Origin: Octopus sinensis
Lineage: Eukaryota
Assembly: GCF_006345805.1 (NCBI RefSeq)
Contig: NC_043001.1
Span: 30,132,001-30,196,000, forward strand
Length of the DNA: 64,000 nucleotides
Reading direction: 5' to 3'
Position 1 is the stretch's first letter, and each line of letters starts with the position of its first letter. This document shows, piece by piece, positions 1 through 13,309 of this stretch. The notes below the pieces were generated by a model. The model ran no database searches. It was not told the DNA's origin and was given only the letters and a program-made list of their open reading frames with translations. A program made the position numbers and the translations under genes.

Positions 1-623
1 GTTTTATAATGATCACATGTATGTGCTGTGCATTGATTCGCTACCTCCATCAAATTGATGTTGCATGAACAGGTGCATGGTGTACCACAAAGCAGGTGTC
101 AAAATGGTCACTGCACAACATGAGGTGAAATGTTTGCTCAAGAATTCACTGCACCACCTGGTCCAAGAATTGAAACCATAATCTCACAGTCATGAGTGGA
201 ACGCCTTAACCACTAGGACATGCTCCCTCATGTGTGTGGGTAAAAGCATCATCTTTTCCATGCTTGCATTGGTCAGACAGAATTCATTGAGATAGGTTTT
301 TTTTCATGAATAGCCACCCTTCCTGTCATCAACCCTTAACTGTTTCCAAGCTAGGTAATATTTCCCCTTAGCCAAACATGTTTTACAGAAGATTGGAAAT
401 AAATGACACCACTTGCAGGGAAATAAAAACATTTCCAACCGTCATGCCATGTCAAGACAAGGATATACAAACACAGAAACACACGCATACGTGTACACGT
501 ACACACACACACACAGGGTCTTCATTCAGTTTTTGTTCCATCAAATTATGTGACCATATATGTTGCAGTAACTATAATACTGTATAACCACAGTATGTTT
601 ATGTTCCCTCCTTTCATAAATTA

Positions 624-1035
624 CTAGCAGCTAAGCCCGGTTTCACCCGGTCTGTTTGGATGATGTGGCTGTAATCATTTTCAGTTAGGCATAATCTATA
701 ACAGCGTTTGTCAACCTTATCATTTCGGGTCCCCTGTTTCGATTGAAGCCTCCAGCTATATGAAAATTTCTTGACCCCACCCTGTCAGAAAACAGCTTCT
801 AAACAGCTGGTTGTTTTAATGGCAGAGGAAAGAGGGAAATTCCATTAGAAAAAGTTTTAATTAATTTTCTCGGTAAGTATGGGAGTTAGGAAAAAAATAC
901 AAACTGCATTCCAATCTATGCACCCATCTCCACATGTGTGCCATTTTTCACGTGATTCCACCCAGCCGTTTGGCTGTGAGCCTCAAGACAAGAAAGAATA
1001 CAATGATCGCCCATGTCCAATTTATATTATTCACG
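624..1035 (-). mobile_element. Non-autonomous Helitron-like element (3' terminus clear, 5' end approximate)
   Basis: The minus strand ends in a ccgg-gtgaaa-ccgg hairpin, about 10 nt, then CTAG followed by T (plus strand actagcagctaagcccggtttcacccgg at 623-650). Confidence 0.55.
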
Positions 1036-1849
1036 TATATAAAATTTACCTACACTTTTTAACCAAAATTTTCAAGTTTCACAAGCATTTCAAATGGTTT
1101 TAAATTAATTTGCCAGCCACTTACAATAATGTTTACTTCTGCTAATTGTTCAACATATCAAGGCATTAAAACTTGACATGAAAATTCTTCTGAACTTTTA
1201 TGCATATGTGTGAGAGTGTGTACTTCATAAACTTTTCTAAGCACACGTATCACAGACCATAGGAACACCTCCTTATTCACTCTACCACATTTAATTTGAT
1301 GCTTCAATCTCTGAAGCATCAAATTAAATACCTCGTCACTTGTCACATAGACATACAAAAATCAGAGTTCTGATTCTGCTAGACTCAGTCATCTTTGAAA
1401 TTTATTTCTTTGAAAGCTGAATTCATCTCTTTTATCCATCTACCTTTCAAAATAATTCATCAACCTAACCAAAAGAAATCCTTATTGTTAATATTGTCCA
1501 GCACCCAGTTGCCATGATAGATCATTAGCCACTACACACATTTTTTTTCTCTCCTTGTTTCTCTCCTTATTTTTTTCTGTGTCCCTTTCTGTAGAAGAGC
1601 GTAGGCTCGAAACATAAAAGACTTTTTCTATTCCTGAGCGTTATACTAATGCATCTGTTCGTTTTGTACACCACCTGTCTTCGTCTTTTGTTTTTTTTTT
1701 TTGTAAAATCTCCTCGTATTTTATATATATTTTTTATATGTATTTTTATATATATTTTTATATGTATTTTATATATATATTCATATATATTTGAGTTAAT
1801 ATTTTTACTTATTCAGAGTTTCTAAATCATCTTTAATTTGATATTTCAG

Positions 1850-1978
1850 GAAAACTACCTGCAGCCTCTTATTCAATCTAAATTGAAATTAATGCAACAG
1901 CAAGACATAAACCAGACAGAGTTTCTGAAATTTATTGACAATGCTCTCAAATCACCTTTTAAGTCTAACATTTTAGAG
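1850..1978 (+). CDS. PRKDC: DNA-PKcs exon 1 in window (FAT region)
   Basis: tttcag|ENYLQPLIQSKLKLMQQQDINQTEFLKFIDNALKSPFKSNILE|gtaaat; resembles human [32 protein letters not shown]; phase 0/0. Confidence 0.92.
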
Positions 1979-2997
1979 GTAAATGCTTTTTTGCACACAA
2001 TTAACTACTGGTTGGATGAGATGCTTTGCATGTCTCCCAATAACTTCATGTTCAGGCATAAAAAATACTCTCTTCATTTTTCAATCCTTAATTGGCATCT
2101 AGTTTTACACCTATCTTCTGAGTGTGTGTCATCAACACTTAATTTTAAAATATGCATAAAATATACCATATACATCATCATCATCATCATTTCACGTCCA
2201 CTTTCCATGATGGCATGGGTTAGACGGTTTGACTGGAACTGGTAAGCCAGAGAGCTGTACCAGGTTTCAGTCTGATCTGGCATTATTTCAACAGCTGGAT
2301 GCCCTTCCTAATGCCAACCACTCCAAGAGTGTAGTGGTTGCCTTTTACATATCACTGGCACCAGTGCCTTTTACATGTCACTGGCACCAGCCGTGACTAT
2401 GGTTTCACTTGGCTTGATGGGTCTTCTCAAGCACAGCAAATTGCTAAAGGTCTCAATCACTTGTCATACTCTTTTTTTCCAAATCAATAATCTGGATGTT
2501 GACCTTGATCAAAGCATTCTAAATTAAACAAACATTAAATTTACTTAAATAATTGAATGAAATACACACCAAAGGCATCCATGTTAGTGACACATAAAAG
2601 GCACCCATGCCAGTGGCATGTAACAGGTACCCGTAACACGTGGAAGAAACCTGGTACACTCTGTGGAGTGGTTGGCATTAGGAAGGACATTCAGTCAAAG
2701 AAACCAAGCCAAAACTGACTGAAGCCTGGGACAGCTCTTCTGCTTACCAGCTCCAATCAAACTATCTTACCCATGCTAGCATGGAAAACAGACATTAAAT
2801 AAGGATGATGATAATGATGATGACACAACAGCGATGTACCTGTACATTAAGGTAAGTTACTGTGGTTTATAAGAAGTTCCAGAATTGCAGTGTCCCGAAA
2901 GTCAGTGTTGTACTTGTATTATAATTTGATACTATGGTATTATAATAAATTCTTTTCAGCTTGTTCTACAAATCTAGTTATTCTTATTTTTAAACAG

Positions 2998-3096
2998 CAT
3001 CAGTTTTCCAAAGAACTCTCCTTGATGTTTCTGTGGCAAGAGAATTATGACAAAGCTTTGATTTACATAAATAATGCTATTCAGCAGTTTCTACTG
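2998..3096 (+). CDS. PRKDC: DNA-PKcs exon 2 in window (FAT)
   Basis: aaacag|HQFSKELSLMFLWQENYDKALIYINNAIQQFLL|gtgagt; resembles [32 protein letters not shown]; phase 0/0. Confidence 0.93.
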
Positions 3097-5836
3097 GTGA
3101 GTCAAAATTTCATTTTACATGTGATTTCATTAGAATATCTACATACTTTTGTAAGAAATATTGAACTACTTATATTCAGGGAAAAGAATCATAATTTATG
3201 TAGAAAAATGTTAGTTACATATTTACTGTTCTGTCCAGAACAAAATTTTACTATCAAACTATCAAATAAAGTATGTTATAGGCACAGGCTAGGTGTTGAT
3301 TAAGAAGCTTATTTCCCAACAACATGCTTTCGTTACCTTGGACAAGCATCTTCTACTATAGCTCCAGGCTGACCAAAGCCTTGTAAATGGATTTGGGTTA
3401 CAGAAACTGAAAGAAATCTGTTGTGTGACATAGTGGTTAAGGTGTTGCACTCACAATCACAAGAGCATGGCTTTGATCTCTGGACAGAGCTGTGCATTGT
3501 GTTTTTGATCCAATCACTTTATTTGATGTTGCTCCAGTCCACTCTGCTGTAAAAGAGTAAACCTGCGATGGGTTGGCATCCAGTCCAGTGGGAATGTTGG
3601 TCTGCCACCTAGCCAGCGAGGTGGCACTATTTGGGCTACAACAATGTGAGGAGACACATTGTGACCAGCAGTGTATGACATCTGATAGTTTGGTCAATAC
3701 AGTGAAACTATATAAGGTAGTTGTTGTTAGGAAGGGCATCTAGCTGTAAAAACCCTTTCAAAACAGACAGGGAAGCCTAGTGCAGTCTTCTGCCTAACCA
3801 GCCCCTGTCAAACCATCCAACCTATACTAGCAGGAAAAGTGGTTGTTAAATGATGATGATGATGATATATATTGGCCTCCATGCCAGTGGCACGTAAAAA
3901 GTACCAACCAATTGTGGCCGTTGCCAACCTCACCTAGCACTGTGCCGGTGGCATGTAGAAAGCACCCACTACACTCACGGAATGGTTGGCATTAGAAAGG
4001 GCATTCAGCTGTAGAAACACTGCCAGATCAAACTGGGCCTGGTGCAGCCTCCTGGCTTCCCAGACCCCAGTCGAACCATCCAACCCATGTTAGCATAGAA
4101 AGCGGATGTTAAACGATGATGATGATATATATATATATATCATCAGCTTCATCATTTAATGTCTGCTTTCCATGCAGGATTGGGTTATATGGCTTGATTG
4201 GAAATGGTAAACCAGAGCATTACACCAGGTTCCAGTCTGAATTTGACTTGGTTTCTACTGCTGGATGTTCTTCCAAATACCAACCACTCCGAGAGTGTGG
4301 TGTGTGCCTCTTATGTGTCACCAGCATGGGTGTTTTTACGTATCACCAGCATGGATACTGTAATGTGTCACTGGTATTGGCCACAACTACAATTTCATTT
4401 GGTTTGATGCATCTTCTCAAGCACTGGAAATTACCGAAGGTCATGATCACTTGTCATCGCCTCTGTAAGTCCCCACGTTCGAAGACCATGCTTCATTACC
4501 TCATCTCACGTCTTTCTGAGTCTACCTCTTCTGCAGGTTCCCTCCACAGTTAGAGATCAGAACACACATACACATGCACATGTGTGTATATGCCTTTGTG
4601 TTGGTATTTCATGATGGTTGTAACAAAAAGAAAACAAGCTTCATTCATATCTAGTCGTCTGTCAAAGACATGTGACCTTGGGAAAATATGATTTTGCTTA
4701 GCAACAGGTGAGGCAACAGGGAGGACATCTGGCTGAATAAAATTTTCCCCTATAAATTTCATCTGACCCATGCAAGCATGAAAAAGTGAACATTAACATG
4801 ATGTTGATATAAAAATATATAAAAGATACTCTTCTAATTCAAAAGATATTAGTTTTCAAATACATCCTATGTTTAAGTATAAATAATTACACATATATAA
4901 ATATTACATATAGTAATGTATATGATAAAGTTTTTAATTTCATAAGTATCAATCAGGTTTAGGATGTGAACAAGATAATGTACATGGTTTCCTTAATCAC
5001 AAATAATTATGTATTCTATCATACATACCTCATTACTCTCACTCAAAAGTACATTTGCTTATACTAGCTTAATGCTTCACATAACATACTCAACCAGCTG
5101 AATTCAGTCCAAAAGTAAGTTCTCAGCACCATCAAAATCTTAACTTGAAGAAGGCAGAAGGGAAAGCTGAGCCTCTAAGACTTGTAGGTGGGAGGGAGGA
5201 AGCTATCCTCAAACCAGAAACTTGGCCTAATTGCTGGCAAGAAAGGGAACTACATTGAAGGCATCCAAGGTGCCAAGTATTGGTTTTAACTGAGTAATGA
5301 ATTACATCTGTCATCCAAGTCACCTAGCTTGACCAAAGTCTTCGGTTGAAGACATTTGCAAGGTGCCTTAAGGTGAAATTGAACTTGGAACTATATAGCT
5401 GCAAAGTAAACTTCCACTCAACCATATGTGATTTAAATTATTAATACCACTGTTCAATCAAATGATAAAATTGGTTAAAATAAATAAAGAAAATAGAATC
5501 AATAATAAATCTCTGAATGAGGTATAAATAGTAGCTGCACGACAACAGGAAGTATATTTACCACTTAAATGTGGGTAACCACTAAGGCTAGATGCTACTG
5601 TAGCTTGTAGCCCCAAGAGAACATCTTCTCCAGCTGGCTAGTGACACACTTTCTGTGCCTTATCAGTATTTGCAAAGGGAAGCCATCCTTCCCTTTGTCG
5701 ACTTGACGTGATACGCACAGACCCGGGTTTCTGGGTATTTACCTGACGTCAGCGATGACAATCACCGGTCTTTAATAGAATCATTATGCAATAAATTAAT
5801 AATTATACCATTTAAATACTTCTTATATCTTTACAG

Positions 5837-5945
5837 GAATGGTCAAACACTGATATACTTATGAAATCACGACGTAAATATCTTCTACAAAACCTGCAGG
5901 TTCTGTCTGAAATACAGAACTTTTTGTCTTTCTTCAAGAACAAAG
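5837..5945 (+). CDS. PRKDC: DNA-PKcs exon 3 in window (FAT)
   Basis: ttacag|EWSNTDILMKSRRKYLLQNLQVLSEIQNFLSFFKNK+G|gtagag; resembles [32 protein letters not shown]; phase 0/1. Confidence 0.9.
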
Positions 5946-6772
5946 GTAGAGGGTTTTGAATGTTAAATTAGACTAAAAATTAAATTAAACTAAAAACTAA
6001 ATTAAAGTGGTTGTTAAATTAAACTGTTAATATTAAATTATGCTATTTAAGGCAGTAAGCTGGCACAATCGTTAACACACCATGCAAAATGCTTAGTGGC
6101 ATTTCATCTATCCTGAAGTTCCAAGTTCAAATTGTGCTGAACTTGCTTTCCATCCTATTGGGGTTGATAAAATAAGTACCAGTTGGGCACTGTAATCTAT
6201 CTAATTGGATTACATTCCCCACAATTTGATGGCTTTATGATAAAATTTGAAACCAGTATTAAATTATGCTATATAGTGGTGAGCTGGCAGAATCATTAAT
6301 ACACCAGGAAAAATGTTCAGTGGCATTTTGTCCATCTTTAGATTCTGAGTTCAAATTCTGCTGAGGTCAACATTACCTTTCATCCATTTGGGCTGATAAA
6401 ATAAGTACCAATTCAGCACTGGAATGTAATTGACATCCTCATCCTCCAACATTCCAGGCATTGTACCTGTGGTAGAAAGGAATATTAAAATTTGCTATTA
6501 CAGTCCAAGCATTTTGTGTGTCTTTACATTCTGAGATCATATTCTGCCATGGTCAACTTTGCCTTTCAACCTTTCAAGGTCAATGAAATAAGGACAAGTT
6601 GAGTGCTGGGGTCAATGTAATAAACTTACCCCGCTCCCTACCCCGAACTTGCTGACCTTGTGCTAAAATTTGAAACCAATATTTGTTAAATCTCCCTCCT
6701 CCCTCCCATAGTATTCCATTTAATTAATTTTATTACTTATTGTCTTCCATATATCAATATTTTAAAGGTTGA

Positions 6773-8558
6773 CAGGGTGTGTAAGGTATTTGAGGACATA
6801 AATTTTTGGGGTCATTGCTGCATTTTTTGCTAAATCTGTATAGTCTTTGTTTCAGAAAATAATAATGGCAGACCCTCCGCTTAAGAAATGAAGAGGCATG
6901 CTGTTATTGTGGTTATAAAGGCTGAGCATAGTGATTTAGAAATATCTTGATTTTTAAAAGTTGCCGGCTCTTTTGTCTACAAAGTTTGTAAGGAGCTAGA
7001 GACTGAAGATAGAAATGTATCACCAGTATCATCATCATCATCATCATCATCATCGTTTAATGTCAACTTTCCATGCTAGCATGGGTTGGACGATTCAACT
7101 GGGGTCTGGGAAGCCCAAAGGCTGCACCAGGCCCAGTCTGATCTGGCAATGTTTCTATGGCTGGATGCCCTTCCTAATGCCAACAATTTCGTGAGTGTAG
7201 TGGGTGCTTTTTACGTGCCAGACGAGGCTGGCAAACGGCCATGATCAGAATGGTGCTTTTTACGTGCCACTGGCACGCAGGCCAGGTGAGGCTGGCAACG
7301 GCCATGATCAGATGGTGCTTTTTACGTGCCACCAGCACGGAGGCCAGTCGAGGCGGCGCTGGCAACAGCCACGTTCGGATGGTTCTCTTACGTGCCACCG
7401 GCACTGGTATCACAGCTACAATTTCCATTGATGCTGATCGATTTCGATTTTGATTTTCACTTGCCTCAACAGGTCTTCACAAGTAGAGTTTTGTGTCCCA
7501 AGAAGGAAAGGTATGCATAAGTGGACTGGCTACATCCCAGGTAGAGGCCACGGGTTATGGTCTCACTTGTCCTGCTGGGTCTTAATGCATTCTAAATTCT
7601 CTGAAATCATCAGAAAACCTGAATTTATCCAGCAAGTTCAACAGACCATTGATTACAATCCCAGAAAGTCCATGAGGTCAGTTGCAAAAGATCTCCATGT
7701 GTCAGAAAGAACAATCAGAAATGTTGTCCACAAAGACATCAGATTTAAGTCTTATATGATCAGGAAAGATCAGTTTGTCAGAAAAAGCAAAAGACAATCA
7801 CTATATCAGATCTAAAAGGTTCTTAAACAAACTGAAAAATCTAGCAGAAGAAAATTTGGTTTAGTTTTTCTCAAACAAGAAAAACTTCAACCAAGATCAG
7901 AAAGTTAATAAAAGAAATGGCAGATGGTTATGTGCGGACCTTTCTGAAGTTCCAAGTGTTATGCAAAATTTCCTACAACTGTCATGGTTTTAGGGGTTGT
8001 CAGCAATGCAGGACATGTGATGCTTCCTCACTTATTTCCACAAGGCCTTAGAGTTAACTCTGCCACCTACACTGAGATCCTGGAAATAATTGTTACACCC
8101 TGGACAGACAGTGTATGCAATGGAAGACCATATGTGTTTCATTAAGACTCTACACTATCACACATGGCTCTAGTAACACAGGAATGGATGGCTGAAAATT
8201 TTCATGATCACATAACCCCTAACATTTGGCCTCCTAATTCCCCAGATCTCAATTCATTAGACTATTACACATGGAGCATTGTTGAGAGAGGGGTCAGTGA
8301 ACATTCTCATAACCCCAAAGATTCTTTGAAAGCTGCCATAGTCATCATAATGTCCGAAATGAACCAGGACCACTTGATTCGAGCATGTAGATGATTTAGA
8401 TCTCGTATAGAAACAGTTGTTGAAGCTGAAGGTAGCTTTATTGAATAACATTATAGAAAAGGTTTATTTTTATCCTCGTAGCATTTTTTGATTATCTGTT
8501 ATTATATATCTGTTTTTTTACAAACATAAATCTGTCCTCAAATATCTTACACACCCTG
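6773..8558 (+). mobile_element. Tc1/mariner superfamily maT (DD37D) element, defective, with a nested retroelement at about 7029-7585
   Basis: TIRs of about 33 bp: cagggtgtgtaaggtatttgaggaca / tgtcctcaaatatcttacacaccctg; right flank TA, left flank GA. Transposase relic from ATG 6865 to TAA 8448 includes WPPNSPDLNSLDY with 37 residues between the last two Asp; several stops and frameshifts. Confidence 0.88.
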
Positions 8559-8564
8559 TATATA

Positions 8565-9854
8565 CGAGGGACGTTCTATAAGTAATGCCTCTGACCCACT
8601 TGCAGTTGTTTGATCTAGCTGAAATTTTGCATGTGCAATCATTTATATCTCTATAGAGTAAGTGGCAAATTACAGCTCTGAATTAATTGTGGTTTCTGAT
8701 TTACAGGTGTTTGAACCGAGTCAAGTGTGAAATGGAGCCTGTTGAGTGTTGAGCAGTGATCCGGTTTTTGTATTTGAAAGGACGCACACCACGGGAGACT
8801 TTTGATGAAATGAAAGTAACTTATGGTGATGATGCCCCATCATATGACCTTGTAAAACGCTGGCATCGTGAATTCAAACATGGTCGGAACTCTGTGGAAA
8901 CAGCTCCCAGATCTGGTCGCCCCTTCTGCCATTGATGAGGCATCTGTCCGTCAAGTTGAGGCTGCCATTTTGGAAGATCGACGCATAATTATTCGCCAAA
9001 TAGCCCATGAGGTCAAGATTAGTACCGGGTCTGTGGAAACTATCATTCATGACCATTTGCATATGCAAAAGGTGTCTGCCAGATGGATTCCCAGGTTGCT
9101 CACACTTTTCCAGAAGCAAGAACGCAAGAATTCCAGAAGCAAGAATTTAGGGATGTGCCAAGAAGATGAGTCAAAATTTTTCAAAAGACTGATTACACAG
9201 GATGAAACCTGGGTCCATTACGATGATCCAGAGACCAAAGCCCAGTCAATGCAGTGGAAGCACCGTGACTCACCCCCTCCAAAGAAGGCAAGGGTGCAGC
9301 CCTCCGCTGGCAAAGTCATGCTCACAGTCTTCTGGGACCAGGACGGAGTAGTGATGACAGATTTCCTGGCAAAGGGTACCACAATTGCAGGAGCCTATTA
9401 TGCTTCACTTTTGAGGAAATTAAGAGAAGTTATCAAAATCAAGTGGCGGGGCAAGATCAGCAAAGGCATCCTCCTCCTGCAGGACAACGCTCCGGTCCAC
9501 AACTCGCTTGTCGCCAGATCAGAAGCACAGGCGTATGGCTATGAACTCCTCCCCCATCCCCCTACTTTCCTGACCTTGCACCCTCTGATTTTCACCTCTT
9601 CCCAGTCATGAAGTTGTTTTTGAAAGGAAAGCGTTTCCCAGATGATGCAGCCTTGATTTCTGAAGTCACGTTCAGGTTGGAGGACCAAGCTGGGGTCTTC
9701 TACAAAAACGGTCTCCAGAGCTGCATCAAGCAATGGGAGAAATGCGTAACTCTGGGTGGTTCCTATGTAGAAAAAGACTAATAACTGTGCCAAGTTTCGT
9801 TGCTCTACTGCTATGGGAAGTGGGTCAGGGGCATTACTTATTGAACGCCCCTTG
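8565..9854 (+). mobile_element. Full-length mariner (DD34D, irritans-like), inactive
   Basis: 1290 bp, TA on both sides, 37-bp TIRs with 4 mismatches (cgagggacgttctataagtaatgcc / ggcattacttattgaacgccccttg). Confidence 0.95.
8732..9781 (+). pseudogene. Mariner transposase pseudogene
   Basis: MEPVEC*AVIRFLYLKG...WIPRLL...DETW...QDNAPVH...HPPYFPDLAPSD (D34D); TGA at 8750-8752, frameshifts near 8920 and 9560. Confidence 0.93.
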
Positions 9855-10320
9855 TATGTATTGCGTTAATGAATGAAAGAAACTATGATATTCTTTGACC
9901 TGATAAGCAAGCATTTTTAAATCGTACAACTATATTATATAATTTATATTATGTCCATAAACACAGGCATGTAAAATAATTTATTATTCATTATACACAA
10001 AATAAATTGTTTTTATATGATAAAGGCTACTAAATGTTCATCATTATATGGATATCACCTGGTAAAATAGATATATTCATTTTATACCTTTATTCTTTCT
10101 TTATATTTTACATGTGTTTGTGTGTGTGTTTATATATATATATATATATACTTCTGTTGTGTCTGGGGTGAGTCATTTTCTTTTTGTGCCTTATAATGTA
10201 ACACACTCACCGGTAAAATTTCCACTTATTTCTTATTTTTATTTTCATAAAATTTTCATTGCGTCTTGCAACCTTTTCAATAGTCTTGACTCTGTACTTC
10301 TCATTTACTTTTAACAACAG

Positions 10321-10432
10321 AGAAGATAAAGTCTTGCTCTTCAATTAACCGGTTGTTTAATTGTTGGGAAAAGCAAACTCCTAGCCTCTTGGAAGACCCT
10401 GTGAAAGTATGGGATGATGTAATAACTAACAG
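10321..10432 (+). CDS. PRKDC: DNA-PKcs exon 4 in window (FAT)
   Basis: caacag|(E)KIKSCSSINRLFNCWEKQTPSLLEDPVKVWDDVITN(R)|gtaaga; resembles [30 protein letters not shown]; phase 1/2. Confidence 0.94.
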
Positions 10433-11723
10433 GTAAGAATATTATTTTATCTTTAAAAATGCTTATTTTTCTGTTCATTTTATTTTATTTTATTTTTACT
10501 TATTTTAATCATTGGATTTAATCTCATTCTACCAGTTTCTTTTTGCCAAACCAGAAAGTTACAAGGTTGTGTAAACAAATCAATGCTGGTTGGCAGCTGG
10601 TGAGAGATAAGCACACATGTGCATGCTTGCCCACACACACACACACACAATGGCTTCCACATGAAATGGGCCTCCAATGGGTTTCTATTCACTAAATACA
10701 CTCACAAGTCATTGTAAGCTATTGTTGAAGACACATGCTGATGGAGCCACATTGAGACTGAAACCATGTGGTTTCTTAATAAACTTCTTGACCACGCATA
10801 CATACATCACCATCATCATCATCTTCATCATCAATTAACGACCGCTTTCCATGCTGGCACAAGTTAGATGGTTTGACAGGAACCAGTAAGCCAGAGGGCT
10901 GCACCAGGTTCCAGTCTTATTTAGCATGGTCTCTATGGTTGATGTCCTTCTTAACACCAACCCCTCCAAGAGTGTAATGAGTGCTTTTACATGCCACCGG
11001 CATGACACTGGTAACAGCCACAACTACGATTTCATGGATGTCAAATGCATGACACAGGTGATGGCTCCAGCTATGATTTCACTTGGCTTGATGAGCCTTC
11101 TCAAGCACAGCATGTCGCCAAAAACTTTGGTCTCTTGTCGCCTCTGTGAGGCCCGACATTCAAAGAACATGCTGTTTTCTCTTCAGCTTCTAAGCTGAAG
11201 TGAAGACAGCATGTTCTGTGTCTATGTCCTTACCTTCATGGAGGTTTTAAATAAAAGTATACTAATGTGTCCATCTGTTTTAATTTAATTAAATTCTATA
11301 TGTCTTTATGCAGCTGAGGATTGCTCTGCATTTAAATTGATGTAAAGATTGCATTGTTCAGTTAAATGGAGTTGCTTGAAACAATCGTACTGCATTACCT
11401 CTGGATAACTTTGTTGCTTATTTTGATATATATATGACAAGGTTTTTTTAGTTTCCCTGTTTACAACCCACTCACAAGGCTTTAGTCAGCCCAAGGCTAT
11501 AGTAGAAGACATTTGCTGAAGGTGCCATGCAATGGCTCATTAATAACAAACAATTCATCTCAGACATCTTATTCTTGAAATGTATCTCCTTTGAGGCAAA
11601 AGTTACACAATCTATCCCATTTTCAATAATTGGTGTAAATTCATCTTTATACAAAATTTTATATGAAATGCTGTTCAATAACTAGAATATTATGATTTTC
11701 TATTTTCTATTTTTAATCTTCAG

Positions 11724-11910
11724 ATTGACTTATATTGATCAAATCACTATTGAACGAAATAAACCTGAATATAGCGATGCTATGGATACCAATGATGGTA
11801 ATTATTTCCCAAAAGAATTCAAGTTGACTCTGCAACTATTAAGGGCTGAAAGCTGTTGTGAGCAAAATAATTTTAAACTGGCTCGAACAATACTGAAAAA
11901 AATTTCCGGA
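11724..11910 (+). CDS. PRKDC: DNA-PKcs exon 5 in window (FAT)
   Basis: cttcag|(R)LTYIDQITIERNKPEYSDAMDTNDGNYFPKEFKLTLQLLRAESCCEQNNFKLARTILKKISG|gtaagt; EQNNFKLA resembles KQNNFSLA; phase 2/0. Confidence 0.88.
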
Positions 11911-12380
11911 GTAAGTTTGTGTTTATTATATACTTAATATATAAACTTTATCTATATATAATGTAAGGTGATTTTTGAGATTAAAAAAAAAAAAAACTGA
12001 TGAAGTATAAATTTGGACTTATTTTATCAACCCCCAAAAGGATTAAAGATCAAGTCAACTTTGCTGGAATTTGAACTCAGAACATACAGACAGATGAAAT
12101 GCCACTAAGCATTTTGCTTGGCATGCTAATAATTCTGCAAGCTCACTGCCTTAAAGAATACATTAATTACAATATCTATAGTAGAGTTTCAATCCTGTTT
12201 ACAAGCCAACTGATTCAGCTAAAAAGTAAAACAAAAGAATTATTATGGACCAAAATTTGTTTATATTGTTTCTACCAAATTTTATTCATGATAAAGTGGT
12301 TAATGCCAAAGAGTGAATTCAAATATAAAACGACTTGGGTTAGATAGAGGCATCTATCCAATCCCTGCCAAAATAGGAAT

Positions 12381-12420
<40 letters not shown>

Positions 12421-12999
12421 GTTGTCCATGCTGGCATAGGTTGGACAGTTTGACCAGGGCTGGCAAGTTGGAAGGCTGCACCAGACTCCAGTCTGATTTG
12501 GCATGGTTTCTATGGCTGGATGCCCTTTCTAACACCAACCACTCCAAGAGTATACTGGTTGCTTTTACATGCCACCAGCATGGGTGCCACTTGCATGACA
12601 CCAGTATCTGCCATGACTGATTTTACTTGGCTTGATGTATCTTCTTCTCAAGCACAGCATATTGCTAAAGGTCTCGGTCATTTATCATTGCTTCTGTAAG
12701 GTCGAACACACGAAAGGTGCTTTTCATGTACCACCAGCATTGGCCACTTTGCCTCTGTGAAGCCCAACACTTGAAAGGTGCTTTTTACATGCCACTGGCA
12801 TGGGTACCAGTTACATGATACCAGCATTGGCCACAACTGTGATTTCACTTAGCTTGACAGGTCTTCTCAAGCATAGCATATCACTAAAGTCATTGCCTCT
12901 GTGAGTCCAAAAGTTCAAAGATCATGTTTCACCACCTCATCCACAGTTAGAGATCAGCACTTCTTTACACAGTTATAAAAATATTTTATTCATATACCA

Positions 13000-13072
13000 G
13001 GGGAATTAGCTCAGATGGTAGAGTGCTCACTTAGCATGCTAGAGGTACCGGGATCGATGCCCGGATTCTCCA
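13000..13072 (+). pseudogene. tRNA-Ala(AGC) relic, probably non-functional
   Basis: GGGGAATTAGCTCAGATGGTAGAGTGCTCACTTAGCATGCTAGAGGTACCGGGATCGATGCCCGGATTCTCCA. Acceptor, D and T stems pair; the anticodon stem CTCAC/GCTAG has 2 mismatches; AGC at 13033-13035; T6 run at 13084-13089. Confidence 0.85.
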
Positions 13073-13090
13073 CACGTTCAAATTTTTTAT

Positions 13091-13259
13091 AGGTGCAGGA
13101 GTGGTTGTGTGGTAAGTAGCTCACTTAGCAACCACATGGTTTTGGGTTCATTCCCACTGCGGGGCACCTTGGGCAAGTGTCTTCAACTATAGCCTTAGGC
13201 CGACTAAAGCCTTGGGAGTAGATTTGATAGATGGAAACTGAAAGAAGCCCATCATTATA

Positions 13260-13309
<50 letters not shown>

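Noticed and set aside
5550-5770. CRE-like words (TGACGTCA near 5744) upstream of exon 3 as a regulatory site
   Set aside because: An isolated short motif in a probable repeat remnant; no independent support.
12219-12300. LKSKTKELLWTKIC frame as a possible exon
   Set aside because: No credible donor, and not needed once exon 6 was found.
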